Assembly: GCA_973895155.1 (NCBI GenBank)
Contig: OZ316893.1
Location: 4,640,977 to 4,704,976, forward strand
Reading direction: 5' to 3'
DNA: 64,000 nt
DNA from: Marsupella aquatica
Taxonomy: Eukaryota > Plantae > Marchantiophyta
Part shown: positions 1-12,715 of the stretch, one piece after another
Layout: each line of letters begins with the position of its first letter
Position numbering within the stretch: the first letter of the stretch is position 1
Notes under the pieces: model-generated
What the model saw: only the letters and a program-made list of their open reading frames with translations
What the model was told of the DNA's origin: nothing
Databases searched by the model: none
Program-made: the position numbers and the translations under genes

Positions 1-1
1 C

Positions 2-3000
2 ATCAAGAACTACAACGACATACACTGGGAATTGAAGGGTAGCACGGAAAGGTGGACCCAGGCAACGGTGCTAGGAGAAACCTCCACGGTAGCCGAGATG
101 AAGAGGAAGGGAGCCATCAACGATGAAGCCACCCCGGCAAAAAGAACAAGGTCGGCGGCACCAAAGAGGCCAGCCGAGCAGCAGAGCAGGAGGCAGGGAG
201 AAGCCAAAGAGGAGGAGGTCGATCCCATCAATGCCATTCCAACCAGGGATGACACCTGGAAGGGCTGGGCGGCAACCCTACCAGCAGAGGTGCAACTACA
301 TTTTGCACGGGAGGAGGATGCATGCTTTACGGCCATGCAGACCAAGAAGTACCAAGGCTTCATGGCCGGATCCGGCTTAGAGGCCTTTGTAAGATTACCA
401 TGGCTGAAGCCGGAGGTACCGGATTCAGACCTATTAGAATTCGTGGGGTCATGGGAACCCGAGACCAATTGCACGAGGATATATGGGAAGGATTTCTATC
501 TTACTTCCAAGGTGATTTCCGAAGTGTTTGGCTTGCCGATAGGCAATAAGACCAAAGTTGATACCAGGAAGACCTTGCCTGACAAGGAGTTCCGGTCGTT
601 CCCCGGGCCATCAACAAAGAATGGCTTCTTCCGGAACACCTGCACCAACCCGCACATAGGAGAGATGATCGACTTCTTGCGGGTGACCATGCATTGTAAC
701 TTGCCGAGGTCAGAGATCGGCAAGGCACAGGTCTATCTGGCAGAGAGGCCAGACCCAAGCCGGGACTACAATGGGTACCTCCTCAACCAATTGAAGAAGA
801 TCTTAAAGGAGGAGCAGCAGGTAATCGGCATGGGGAGCGTGTCGCGGCTTGGCTATCACATGCCGCTGTTGTGCCGGTATGCCAGAGGTCAGACCTTTGC
901 CCCAGTACTTCCCCTGCAGGTAAGGGCACCCGAGGAAGCCCCAGCACCAAGGCCGGTAGCAGAGAAGCCTCAACCACCTGTTAGCCCTATGATCAAGCAG
1001 GTGTTTAGGCCAAGGACGGAGGACTTGCTGATGCAGCAACCAGGCATGCAGAATCTGCTGAAACTACTGGAGAAAGAGAAGAGATCGGCATTGGCAACGA
1101 CAACGGCAACGGCAACAATGCAGGACACTGCCCCAGAGGTCAACCTAAGCAGAATCAGGCCAGAATCCAAGCTGGGTGTTCGAATGTACGTGGGAGTCTC
1201 AAGCTCTGAATCTGAGGCAGAATTGCCTGAAGCTCCTACCGACGAAGAAGAGAGGGAGAAGCCGGAAGTCCAAGAAGTAGAGGAGGCAGACTTGGAGGAC
1301 TACAGCCATGATAACTCCGGCTATGGGTCAGACCATCACGTTCCAGGAGTAAGGACCTGTGGCCGGTTTATCCCCACACTTCCAAGGGTAGTACGAGGGG
1401 ACCCCAACCAGCAGAGTAGCCCTGAGTCTCCCCCACCAGATGTTGCTCCCCCGAGCTTTGACGGCATAAAACAGACGGCGCAGGAATTTTAGGAGCGAAT
1501 CAGGCAGGAAGAGAAGGCAGCCCTGGCCAGGGAAAAGGATTTGCCAGGAGGAGATTGGCCGGAGGACATCAGGCGGCTAGCCGAAAAAGGAAGCAAACCT
1601 CTAGCCACGATTGAAGAGATCCGCAAGACGGCTTGGGAGCAGAGGCCACGATGGGCGATGCCGATCACTTCTACTTACTCCACCTACACTAAGAATAGAG
1701 CCATGGAGTATGGTGAGATGTGTGGGGAACTTGCGCTCGACATCTTTGGGGAGGAGTTGGAGGTAGGACCCTTTTTCCATAAGGAGCAGTTGGAGAAGAA
1801 CCAATTAGAAGAAGTGGTGGCTTTAGAGAGAAGCAAGAAGGACGAGGTCATCTGGCGGCTTAGGAGGATGGAAGCCGAGATTGAAGATCTAAAGGCGGCC
1901 AAGAAAGCCCAAGATGAACTGAGGATTAAGCGGCATGAGTTGAACATCATGCAGGGGCAGTTGGACACAGCGCAGGCTGATAATCAGATTATCAAGGATA
2001 AACTGACTCAGACCCAGGGAGAATTGGCCGACGCAATCAAGGACAGGGAGAAATGGAAGAAGGAGCTGAGAAACGCAGAGGAGGCCCATATAGCAGTCAA
2101 CAACCGGGTCACGGCGGAGACTCAGAGAAGGGAGAGGGCGTTGAAGGGGGAGCTTGAGAAAATCCGCGGAGTCCTTGAGCAGAAGGAGGCCGAGTTAGGG
2201 AAATCCTATCAAGGGATTATTGCGCTACAGCAGGAGCTTGCGTCCCTGACGGCCAGCTTCAAGGCCGACCTGCGGGAGAAGGACGCCCAGCTCGACCAGA
2301 CTTATGCCAAGATGAATAACATGGAGTCTGAGGTCGTAGCGGAGCTTGACAAGGAGCTAAGAGCAACACGGGAGGAGAGGGCTACCTTGAAGAAAGAACT
2401 AGAGGAAGCCCACAGGGAACGGGAGGAAGCCCAGAAGGAACTAGAGGAGGCGCGCAAGGACCTGGATGAGACCCAGGAGGAGTTGGAGGAACTCATGAGG
2501 AAGATGGAGAACCTATAGCGGCGGGCCGACAACCAAATAGAGCGGCTGAAGAAACAAGCCGCAATATTTAAGTGCTTGTCTTCATCAGGCCCAACTCCAA
2601 TTGGGGCAACCAAGTTACCAGGAGTGGTACTGGCCGAAGAGCAAGCCGCGCCACCTGCACCAGTGATGGAAGTAAGTGGGAAGGGGAAGGGACCAGCTGC
2701 CGAACCAGAAAAGAAGAAGAAGCGGAAACCTTCAGGGTCAAGGAGTAATATGACTCCACTGGCCGTGGTGACCAAGGAGGTAGACCCAGCACCAACCTCC
2801 GGCATGAACACGGCAATAGATTCTGCTATCACCAAAGGTGGGGATGGCGCGGCCCAAGCCAGACTACTCAATAATGAGGCCGGTATCCCAGATCCACCTC
2901 TTGAGCAGGCCGGGGAGACAGTGGCTGAAGCCGAGGCTGAGGCCGTAGCCGAGAATGATTCCCGAACCGATGCCGAAGCCGAGGGTGGGCCCAGTCATGC

Positions 3001-3112
3001 CAAAAAGTTGACTCGGTCAGAGGCAGGTAATCTGTCAGAGGACGGACCAACGGTAGTGGTTGCGGAGGAAGCATTGGGGGCGTCCATTGAGGATCCACCA
3101 CCGGTGTCGTGA
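2..3112 (+). pseudogene. Disrupted transposon-associated long ORF (PMD/Transposase_32-like N-terminal region, acidic linker, long coiled coil, Lys-rich NLS-like tail); 5' end lies outside the window
   Basis: ORFs 32..1492, 1541..2518 and 2576..3112 share one frame, separated only by single TAG codons at 1490-1492 and 2516-2518. The frame is open back to position 2. The motif LLEFVGSWEPETNCTRIYGKDFYLTSKVISEVFGLP resembles the W.PET...LT...I...GLP pattern of plant mobile domain / LTR-element extra ORFs. No introns; E/K/L heptad stretch. Confidence 0.65.
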
Positions 3113-3150
3113 TGGTGCAAGGGCGCCATTCCTTTTAGGAAAGGCGGACG

Positions 3151-4031
3151 TGGAGGTAGGAGGCGTGAGTGGGCAGGGCGGGCGCTGATCTCCAAGTTTA
3201 GGATTAGGATCAGGACCAGGAGCGGCCCTGACACTTAGCTTAGTGGGATTGCGGTTCCACTGGTAGGAGCAACACTTGTGCTCCTGCCTTGCTGTACATA
3301 GGTAGTTTCGGGCAGGTAGATTACTGTTAGGTAGATTAGGCTTACGTTGCAAAGAATTAGGCGGATCCACTACCAGGATAAGTACCTGGGCAGCGGGGAG
3401 CTCAGGGCCTCTTCTTTAGCAAGTTTTTAGTTTGCACCAGCCGGGCTGGGATCAAGTAGTAAGAGAAGCTCTCGGTTAGTCATACCGTGACCTTGTGTAT
3501 ATTCATGTTTCCTCATGCCTAAGAGCTGAATAGAGTTGGCCTCACGGCTTAGTTCGCAGAGCTTGTGTATGAGATGTACTATTTGTATGGCAAGTGCATG
3601 GTATGACTCAGTCAGAAGGAGTCATTTTGCTATTTGTGTGTCGCATTAACTTGTGTGAAGAGTGCCCACATCTACCAGAAGGAAGGAAAGTAAACAAGGG
3701 AGTGAGAGTTGGATGTGTCGAGCTGAGAGAGGTCTTAGCGGCTTAACCAAGCCTATTGGGGATCATTCCGGCGGCGGAATCCAAACATACCTAACCAGAA
3801 GGAGAGGAAGACAAGGGAAGGCCTAGATTAGGCCGGCTACGTATCTCATGACCCGATGAAGGATCTGTCTAGTATATGTGGGTAAAAGGCTAATAGTAAT
3901 AGTAGGAGGAGGTTAGCAGCGTCCCATGCCGCTAAGCCGTGGAAACGGCCTCGCCAAGCGCGAAACCTGCGGGAATCGGCTTGAGCTGGGGGGTTTCTTG
4001 GGTTTAGGGAGCCATGGGACGCACCACAACA
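3151..4031 (+). mobile_element. Candidate 3' LTR of the element carrying the upstream ORF
   Basis: A purine-rich tract AGGAAAGGCGGACG (3137-3150) follows the ORF stop, then TG at 3151. The segment ends ...CACCACAACA (CA at 4025-4026 or 4030-4031). The partner LTR is not in the window, so boundaries are inferred. Confidence 0.35.
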
Positions 4032-4102
4032 TTACAGAAACGATTGAAGAGAACTAAAATCCTTTCTCGATGCGAGACTCGCGTGGAAGACACTTGGTGA
4101 TG

Positions 4103-4848
4103 CACGGCACGTCCTAATTGTTGGGTTCAGGATTGTGGGAGAACAATAGGCAAGGTTGGAGCTGGTTTGTTCCAGTCACTTTCCGCACGAGGCTCGTGTA
4201 GGCCGGATTACTTAGCTCGAGGATCATTTTTTGGAAAGTGAAAGGTGTGTACTTGTACTCAATGTCATATTCACTACAATGGCGCGCATGTCGACCTTTG
4301 GCTCGTGTCTGTTGTGGCCACAATGATGGTTTGGTGCCAGATCACGAGATTTGGGTGGGATGAGCTCAATTTCCTCCGTTATTGAGGTTAAATTGACAGG
4401 TGCTTTTGTATCATAATTGTGCTACACGAGGCTCGCGTAGGATGTCATAATCAACTTATGACTTGCAAATCCCGGATCTCATCACAGACACCCATATTCA
4501 CACGGCATGTACTAATTGTCGGGTTGAGGACTGTGGGAGAACAATAGGCGAGGTTGGAGTTGGTTGGTTCCATTCACTTTCCGCACGAGGCTCGTGTAGG
4601 CCAGGCTACTCAGCTCTAGGATCATTATGACCTTTGGAAAGTGAAAGGTGTGTACTTGTACTGAATGTCACTTTCACAGCAATGGCGCTCATGTCGACCT
4701 ATGGCTCGGGTCCGTTGTGGCCTCAATGATGGTGTAGTGCCGGGTCACCGGTTTTAGTATCATAATTGTGCCATACGTGGCTCGCGTAGGATGTCATAAT
4801 GAACTTATGACTTGCAAATCCCGGATCTCATCACACACACCTTTATTC
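4103..4848. repeat. Tandem duplication of a ~400-bp unit (4103-4500, 4501-4848; second copy lacks ~60 bp)
   Basis: Both copies start CACGGCAYGT.CTAATTG and share TTGGAAAGTGAAAGGTGTGTACTTGTACT and ACTTATGACTTGCAAATCCCGGATCTCATCAC. Confidence 0.9.
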
Positions 4849-5008
4849 GAGAGGCTTGTTTCTCTCCTTCAAGTTATGCTTTGTGATGAACTTTTGGCTC
4901 AGTCTCCAATATCTCTCTGATCAAATCTCCTTCTGATCAAATCTTCCTTTTCCAAATTGAGCGTTTGACAACCATTTTGGATCGTGGTGATTTTCCTTAA
5001 CTTTCATA

Positions 5009-5440
5009 ATGGCACCTGGGAGGCGATTGAGGAGTTCTTCGGCATTACATACGGAGGAGAGTTCTAGAGCATTACAGGTAGAGAATGCAAATGAGGAGCG
5101 GCCCAACTTCTCTGTGTGCTCGGAGCCATCCGATAGTTTCAACTTTGGAGTTGCTGCAAGAACAGAAACCATTCCTCCTCTTGGCAACCAAACTGTGGTT
5201 AGTCATGACAAGACAAACGACCAGGCACCTGTTGCAGATGAGGTGGAGGAGGAACAGAAAGAGCAAGAGAAGAAGCCGACAAAGGCCATGGAGGAGGAAC
5301 AAATGAGGATCCGTCAGGAGGAATGTCGAAAGATGAGGCGTTGTTGGAAGAGGGAGCATTTGGCTGAGTATTACGGACCTTTGAAGAAGAAACGAAGCTC
5401 CGAGAGAAGTCTGAAGGAATGGCAAGGGAAGAATTTCTAG
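5009..5440 (+). other. Intronless E/K-rich ORF of unknown origin, probably transposon-derived
   Basis: ATG-initiated 143-aa ORF with acidic/basic low-complexity composition, in a repeat-rich area; no recognisable domain. Confidence 0.25.
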
Positions 5441-7793
5441 ATAGCGATCTAATGCGGACTCCGACAAGTGGATGCCATCATCCTGGAATGATTGAATGAG
5501 GCATTCTGGAGTCAGCTCTCGGGAGGTGTTTTGGAGCTGTTTTTTGTGCGGATGCGATCATCACGTAGGAATTTGTTAGTTGATCGTGCATTGTGTTTAG
5601 GTGTGAACAGAAAGTGCTTGCGTTTTCTGCCTTAGTGTTTTCCGCTTGGGAGGCTTCGGCGTTTCTGAGCCTGGGAGGTTGATTTCAGGGATGCCTACGC
5701 CGACATCAACCAGAATTTTTGTTAGGCACATATGTTTCCTATGAATATACCAAGCTTATCTTTATGTGTACAAATGTGGAATGTTGTTTTGTTATGCAAA
5801 TTGGATGTTGGTGCTCTTTGATTTGCAATCCCCTTGTTCTTTGCCCTTCTATTTCTAGAGTGACTTGGTCTTCGGCAGAGAGGAGCCTCTTTTCACACGA
5901 CGCTTCTCCCTCTGCGTGTGGGATGGGAGGAGAGAGTATAGAGGAGCCTTTATTCTCACGATGCCTTCTCCTATTGCGTGTGTTGGTGGAGGAGAGTGGC
6001 TCGCGCTCGATTGCGGATGAACGGCTTGTGCAAAGTCCTCCGTCTATCATACTCCTCCCTCACAACTAGACTTGTAGAATTCTTGTATGCATCATTCTAG
6101 GCATCGATAAAGCTTGCAAAACTGCTTGCTAAACTATATGATCCTCTGGACTGTTACACTTGGTCCCGCCCACTTTTTATGATCATATGTAGTCATCTCC
6201 AGTATCTTACTCTTCATTGAAGCTTTGAGTGCACCTTTTGTTCCGTCGTGCCCCTTAGGTGTCAGGGCGACTCTTGTTGTTGAGCTTTTACTCTTTACTC
6301 TTGTGCGACTCTCTGGCCCTCTTCTTTTGGGGGCTTTTAGGGGTATGCTGTGCATGTTCTTTGTTGTGTGTGAGGCTGCTTGTTCCCCCTTGTCGTGTGG
6401 CTTTTCGTGGCTGGTCTCTATCCATTAAAACACTCTTTGGGATGAAGTTAACAACGTGTGAACCTAAGCCCCTTTTCTTATGCTATGTCTCAAAAGTTTG
6501 TACCAAATCACAACTTGAAGTTTCCAAAATTGGTGCTGAAGTATCCGGAAGAAAATTGAAATTGTTCAGAACCCTTATTTAAAACTCAAAAAGTATGTTT
6601 TCAAATTTCTAAAAAGTAACATTCAATTTTCCAAAAGTATACTGTCAAAATTCCAAGTGGACTATAATATTCCAGAGTTAGTGAAAGTATTGATTTGAAT
6701 ATTTTAATGGTTGTTGTCTCTATTCTATGAGCAAATATTGTTCATAGTACCATTACAGTTCTCCTCAAATTAGAGTGATTAGATTGATCAGTGGTGGATC
6801 AAAACCAACTTTGGTGAGTAGGGATGCATCACACTCTAACTGATCTAATTAGAGTGATTAGATCAGTGAGATCGGTAATTAGTGGTGCAAGTTTTCATTT
6901 CATAAACGACATCACTGTTCCAATTGAGTGATGTCGCAGCGATATTAATTAAACACTGACCAGATAGCAAATGATTATAAGGCTCGGATCCAAGTATGCA
7001 CCAAACATGACATTTTCTCTGACCTGAATTGTTGACCAAGCACCTTTAACCTACCTTGTAGAGCTACTCGCACAATATCCCAAGTGAATTTCCTTTAGTC
7101 CTTAGTTTAATTAAAGATGTAGTTGAAAAATATCAATCATGGTGCAAAAGATATCTTTGTTAGAAAGATCTCATTGCATAAAAGAATAATAAAGTACAAT
7201 AAAATGAGAATGCTTTTTATTTTTATTTTGTCATTTATACCCTCCCCGGCCCCTCGCCCCCCTTCCCCCCCACTCCCTTATTTTTCCTTCTTTTCACTAT
7301 TTTTCTTTGCTTCATTGTTAGGATTGTGCTCCTTTTATGATGTAGCACTTCCTAGGCGTGGATGATATGGCATGGAGCATAGTATGACATGGATGGTAGA
7401 GGGAGGAGCACTTTGTATGCATGATTAGCATGGATGGTAGTCTAGGGAGGAGCATGGTGTAACATGGAGGGTAAAGGGGAATATTTTGTGTACTTTTATG
7501 AAGAAAAAACCAACAAACACCTAACTAGAAAAAAGAAAAGCAAGTGTAAACCTAAAAATGACAAATAAAAAGAGAAAGGTGTCAAACACTACATGAGTGC
7601 AACCTCAATGACTGGTGTCTAGTGAGCTAATGGGTCACATCCAATGTCCTAACCAAATTACCAAGTGGGACAGGAATGTCCTCTAGGGGGGCTAGCGTCT
7701 GCGGGGGCACAGTGGCGCCCACTGTGAGGGATCGACAATAAATGGCTCAAGCTTGGGCACGCTATAAGGTCACTGAAATGTGCTGACGAAAGT

Positions 7794-8345
7794 GTGTGGT
7801 CAAGGTGGATAGTGGGGGTCCGGAGGGACCCATCCATTAGTGAATATCACGAGCAGTCTGTTGAAGAAGCCTATCAAAGTGATGATGAAGATGCCCAAGA
7901 GCTCAATAGTGAGGGGGGAGACAGGTATCAGATGAAGCTTGAACGGCATATTTTTCCTCCTTTGTTGAGGCTGCCTGGGATGCCGTTGCCCCTGCCGTTG
8001 TCGCCACTTACTCAATGAGGTCTGTACGCAAAGGGTTTGCTACCACAACATCCGCCAAAGTATGTCGACCATCACAAACCATGGTCAAATCAACCCGCAC
8101 TCATTGTGGGGGAGGACCAGGTAGCTCGAGCATCACCTCCCATCGCACGTGTACCAAAGACCCTGAGAGAACCTGACAATAGCATCTCCAACAGCATTAT
8201 GAACAACTATGGTTTTGCCTCCCAAATTGCATCGAAGAAGATGAACCCCTATGGTATCACAAGGCTTCCCACATGTGCATGAAGCGTGAAGACCAACAAG
8301 AAGAGGGTCAGGTAGCGAAGACCAACAAGAAGAGGGTCAGGTAGC
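7794..8345 (+). pseudogene. Degenerate ORF remnant, likely transposon-derived, ending in a 29-bp tandem duplication
   Basis: ORFs 7794..8018 and 8037..8282 are in the same frame across one stop. GAAGACCAACAAGAAGAGGGTCAGGTAGC is repeated exactly at 8288-8316 and 8317-8345. Confidence 0.3.
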
Positions 8346-9481
8346 CCCAGACAAAAACTAATGGCAATGGAGAACTCCTATGAAGATAAACATGTTCACA
8401 CCAAATATAATTATTTTCTGCTTATTCCATTCTCTTTTTCCAATCCCTTTCTTTCACTCAAAAAGCCTCACCAAATTTGAATGAATTTATACTTTATGAT
8501 TATGCAACTTATTTTTCACTGTTAAACACTGACACTGTTTTTGGTGAAATGAATTATGTGTTCCAATAAAATTTAATTTGCCGAATGAATTTTTAACTTT
8601 GCTAAAACTACAATTGTAACTAAAAAGGTTGCAAGTGAAACTTTTAGTCATAATTTACTTCTTTGTATTTTAAATTGTGTACATCCTGTTTTTGACGGCA
8701 TAGCGTCCCAATTAGCGTCCCAATTGTTTCCGCAGAAATTATCGCAAACGTGATGTGGGTAATGCTATGAAAATTATTCAGGACGGGCACTCAAAATTTG
8801 GAACCCTCATTCTGGCAAAATTTGGAAAAACACAAACTCAAGCTTACACTGGATAAGCAATGGGCTAGGGGCAGATACTCTGAATCGATACCCCTTTCAG
8901 AGCACTTTGTCTAGCAGGAAAGTATCGTGTGGCAGGGGTCATGCTGTGTAGTGGGGATCACTTTCCCAATTGATAATATTGAGCATCTAATGCATCTCTA
9001 GTTATCGAAACAGCCAGGATCTGAATTACGCAGAATAGTCGTCCTACGAGCGCAAGCAAAAACTAAGGAAATCCCGGTTGGCACATGGCACAGCTGACAC
9101 AACAACCTCCTATGACTACAGTAGAAAATACTGTTTATTGGGAATTATTGCACGGATTTTGAAAGATCCAGTCTTTGTGCTTTAGATTGGATTACTAAAG
9201 CTTTCTCAATTTCAAGCTTCACAAACCAGTCGAGAAGACATCGGAATTTCGCCCTTCTGATCGCTCTGTGCAACGCTTATATTAATTCTAGAGCAGAGAC
9301 GTACTGCCAAGGGGAGCATGCATCCGGGTCAACCAATTTAGGTAATCTTGCTCACGGGCTATCAGTCAACTATAATCAAGATAATGATACTCCCAACATC
9401 ACGCAGTTGACAGTAGAAAATCGATAACTTATAATTACAATTGAAGTATGACAAATTCATAGATAATCATTCGAATTCGTT

Positions 9482-10144
9482 CTATGGCAACCCTGTGTTA
9501 AGAGCGTCGGGCACTTTGGCACTCTTCCCCGTTCCACGATTCCTATTCGTTTGGTGCACTGGCTTTCCTACTTTAGAAGCAATGGAAAAGAATGGCCCGG
9601 CGATTTTCCCCATGACATCATACGACCCTGGCCCAGGAGTATGACTCCAATCGACATTTTTCGGGCTTGGTTTCATCCCCATACTGTAAGAGGGCCCGCT
9701 TGACATCCTGCGGGAATCATAAGATCCGGGCCCAGGGACTAGAGAGAATTGCTGCCGAGACTCGTAGGCGACTGGCCGAGCACCACTGTTACAAACGCCT
9801 TGGCTTCCCTTCACACCGCTACGATGCAGACCAGATGCCGTCGAAAATGCAGAGGGTCCACAACGGGCACCCATGGAGAATGCGGGAGCCGAGTGCTTAG
9901 TGGCATAGTAGCCCGAATCGGAGGAATACTTTCCTGGCCCTGGGACATGGCAATCCTTCTTTTGATCGACGGCACTCTTCCCACGATGGCTGGGTGCAGC
10001 TCCTCGAGATTGTTCCCAAATACTCGTCAACGCGCCAGGGCCCCGCACATCGTCCTCATTTTTGGACATTTGAGGGCCTTGGCCCACTTGAGGCATGCCG
10101 GCGCTTGAAGGGGAATGAATTTGAGAGCGAGGTTCATCACACAC
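9482..10144 (-). CDS. ODF3/SHIPPO-1-like sperm-tail PG-rich repeat (STPG) protein
   Basis: Repeats VPGPGKY..APAFSMGAR, VPGPGSYD..GPSYSMGMK and TPGPGSYD..GPFFSIASK match the PGPGxY...P.FS(M/F)G.R SHIPPO repeat pattern. The true start and any 5' exon are uncertain: the ORF starts at GTG and the first in-frame ATG is at MPQVGQ. Confidence 0.8.
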   Translation of the reverse strand: MCDEPRSQIHSPSSAGMPQVGQGPQMSKNEDDVRGPGALTSIWEQSRGAAPSHRGKSAVDQKKDCHVPGPGKYSSDSGYYATKHSAPAFSMGARCGPSAFSTASGLHRSGVKGSQGVCNSGARPVAYESRQQFSLVPGPGSYDSRRMSSGPSYSMGMKPSPKNVDWSHTPGPGSYDVMGKIAGPFFSIASKVGKPVHQTNRNRGTGKSAKVPDALNTGLP

Positions 10145-12548
10145 TGACTCCGCGCTTACTGTTTCTTTGCACTAGGTCACGCTTCATATAATGAGTAGGT
10201 TCTGACATCCTTGCCAGATACCCACTCCATGGCGGACCTCGTCTGAGTGGCTTTCCCTGGCCCCAGAGAACTCACCTTGTGCTTTCAATTTCACGACTTT
10301 AGGACTGATTTAGAGTTGCATATTGCGCGCTAACGGTATCGCATTGCACCAGATAGAAGGATTCTCTTCACTTACTAATGGCCCTTGATGCCCCTTTGCC
10401 GCATGATCGCTGAAACTATACGAAAAACATGTAATTGCATGTGAAATTGTGAACTAAAATCTATACTTCTGAACGAGAAAGAATCTTCTATTTTATAGAT
10501 CTGCTTCAGCGGAAAGGGAGAAACTTTCGTTTTCAGTTCAGCCGGAGAGTGATTTCGAAAGAAATAGAGTAAGATTCCTAGATCGAATAAGCACACATAA
10601 ATTCAATTACTTAATCGTCGGATTCGCCTTGAGAAAAGACGTAACGAGGATTTGTAGAGGCTACTAATCAGTAAAGAGAATGTCGTTGGCAGGCCATCTC
10701 CAACAAAGCAATTGAGAAGTTAGACAGGAAATTATAGGCTGAGGGCTACGGTAGTAATCTTTAGCAGTTATGCGTAGTGAGGCGTGCTTCGAAAGGTCAA
10801 CTGAAAGGAAAGTAGGCTTAACATATGGAGAAATTGCACGTTGACAAACGAAACGATCTCGCGAGGGAGCCAAAGATAGTGAAAGCTGCCATGATGATCA
10901 TATTCTGTATGAGTCTCAGTTTGGAAACGGCACGTCAGTTCTACTAGAACCATGATGATCATGTCGCTGATCCACAAATCTCTGGATAGAATTGAGTAAC
11001 TAAAACATGCGACCACTCCCTTTTGTCCACCAGGTTAATATGATTGTGGTTTGAATCTTTAACAGTCAGATTGAGGTTCTTTCAAACTCGGGTTGAGCTT
11101 CTTTAGAAACTCAATGAGAACCTGACCCAAATTGATCCATTGGAAATTTTTGCTGGGCTCCAAAATTAGTGGCAGTATGTTTCCTGCCTTGAAAACAACT
11201 TAATTATTATGTAAAAATTTTGATCGTGTTGGATACTCGAATCACCCTTGGCGATTTTCGAATGAATCATTTATCCTTCCAAAAAGCTGAAATCAGTATC
11301 CCAACTTTGTGAATCAAGACAATGTCTTAGTCCATGATCCGACCTTTGGTTAGCTCCCCTTTAGTTAGTTAGCTAGCTAGAAATTGATATAGTATGTTGA
11401 TGACCTATTATGAGCAAGGGTCAAATCATCTCAGACATGGATGAACTCTTGTGAAACTTTGACAGTACTTTAATTTACTCTGGATGAGACAGCTTAGTGA
11501 ACAGAAGGAACTGGATTAACTTGGACCCCTAAACTTTATTACATAATCTTGATCCTAATTGTTAGTCCTTTTGGGCCAGACTTCTCAGACACATATATGA
11601 TTGTAATCAATCAGGAATCATTTTCACCATAATTTCTGCTGTTTATAAATAGTATTGTTTATAATTATCAATGGAGATTTTTACCAAATTAAGGGAGAAA
11701 TCAAAGTCAAAATTTGTTAATCAAAACGTTGGGAACAGGAAGAATGTATGGTCTGTGAGCAATGGCATAATCTTTGAAAAATCATATTTCTCAATTCACG
11801 CTCAACGTTGGCAACATGAGACTAGTTGGAAAGATCTTTTTCCAAGCCACCCTAACTAACCCAGTCAAAACAGCCAATTGTGCTGCTTATCAAGGGAGAA
11901 ATTGAAAGCTTTGGGAAGCAAGAAAAGTAACCTTTGAAAACTCATAGCTCCCTCAATTCTTATGAAAAGTTGGTAATGATTGTAGATCATTGTTGGGGGC
12001 TTCTAGCACATCCAAGAACACCTAAATCCACTACATATCAAGGAAATGTTGAATGTCATAATTAATGATCAAAGGTTTAGGGCCAGTAGGTCAGTTTGGG
12101 GTGATTTTATAAACTTGGGGAGAATTTCTGGGAAGTATGGGGTGGAGTCAACATTCCCCTCATTTCCTCTGTTTTTAATCATTTTATTTTGAAAGAAAAG
12201 GGGGCCAACCGTGTTACTTTAGGCCATGATCTATGTTCACCTTGGGTGCATCTTGTTTTGCCTCCCTTTACTTGCTTAATAAGGACTCTCCCTATATCTT
12301 GGCATAACAGTATGGGATAATTCTGTACTGAACTAGTAACACATTAAAATAAATCTACCATTCAACTACTGATACTAACAAGCCAGCTTTGCTGGCCTGG
12401 TGCAGCTGACATTGTGTCCATGTATGGTCACCTCTGGGTTCAAAAATGGGTTGGGGTTAACCTGGATAGTACTTATATAGGTAGCCTTGGCCCCTCGACA
12501 ATGGGTTAGAGGTAAAATGAAATTCAATGCTGTAGAGTAATGTCATTA

Positions 12549-12715
12549 GAGCGTGTCAAAACATAGTTATACCTGAGTTACGGCTCAGGACATAAAACGC
12601 ACTTACGGCCAGGACAGAATAGTTATGGGTTACCAAAATACATACCCAATAAGGGTGGTATGTCCAAAAAAATTAAGCCGTAACCAAAGTGTTACAGGAG
12701 AGCCTTGACACACCC
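12549..12715. mobile_element. MITE family A copy 1 (167 bp)
   Basis: TA|GAGCGTGTCAA ... TTGACACACCC|TA. Internal TTACGGCTCAGGACATAAAACG is the reverse complement of sequence in copy 2. Confidence 0.85.

Noticed and set aside
10-2871. Long minus-strand ORFs (10..474, 1684..1968, 2302..2871)
   Set aside because: S/L/F-rich antisense shadows of the E/K-rich plus-strand frame.
3105-3114. TGTCGTGATG as the LTR start, complementary to CACCACAACA at 4022-4031
   Set aside because: An 8/10 match can be chance; it overlaps the ORF stop and has no polypurine tract upstream.
11500-12130. Mutator-like MITE between the STPG and DYRK genes
   Set aside because: Only a weak inverted match (GGACCCCTAAACTTT / AAAGGTTTAGGGCC); no definable termini or TSD.
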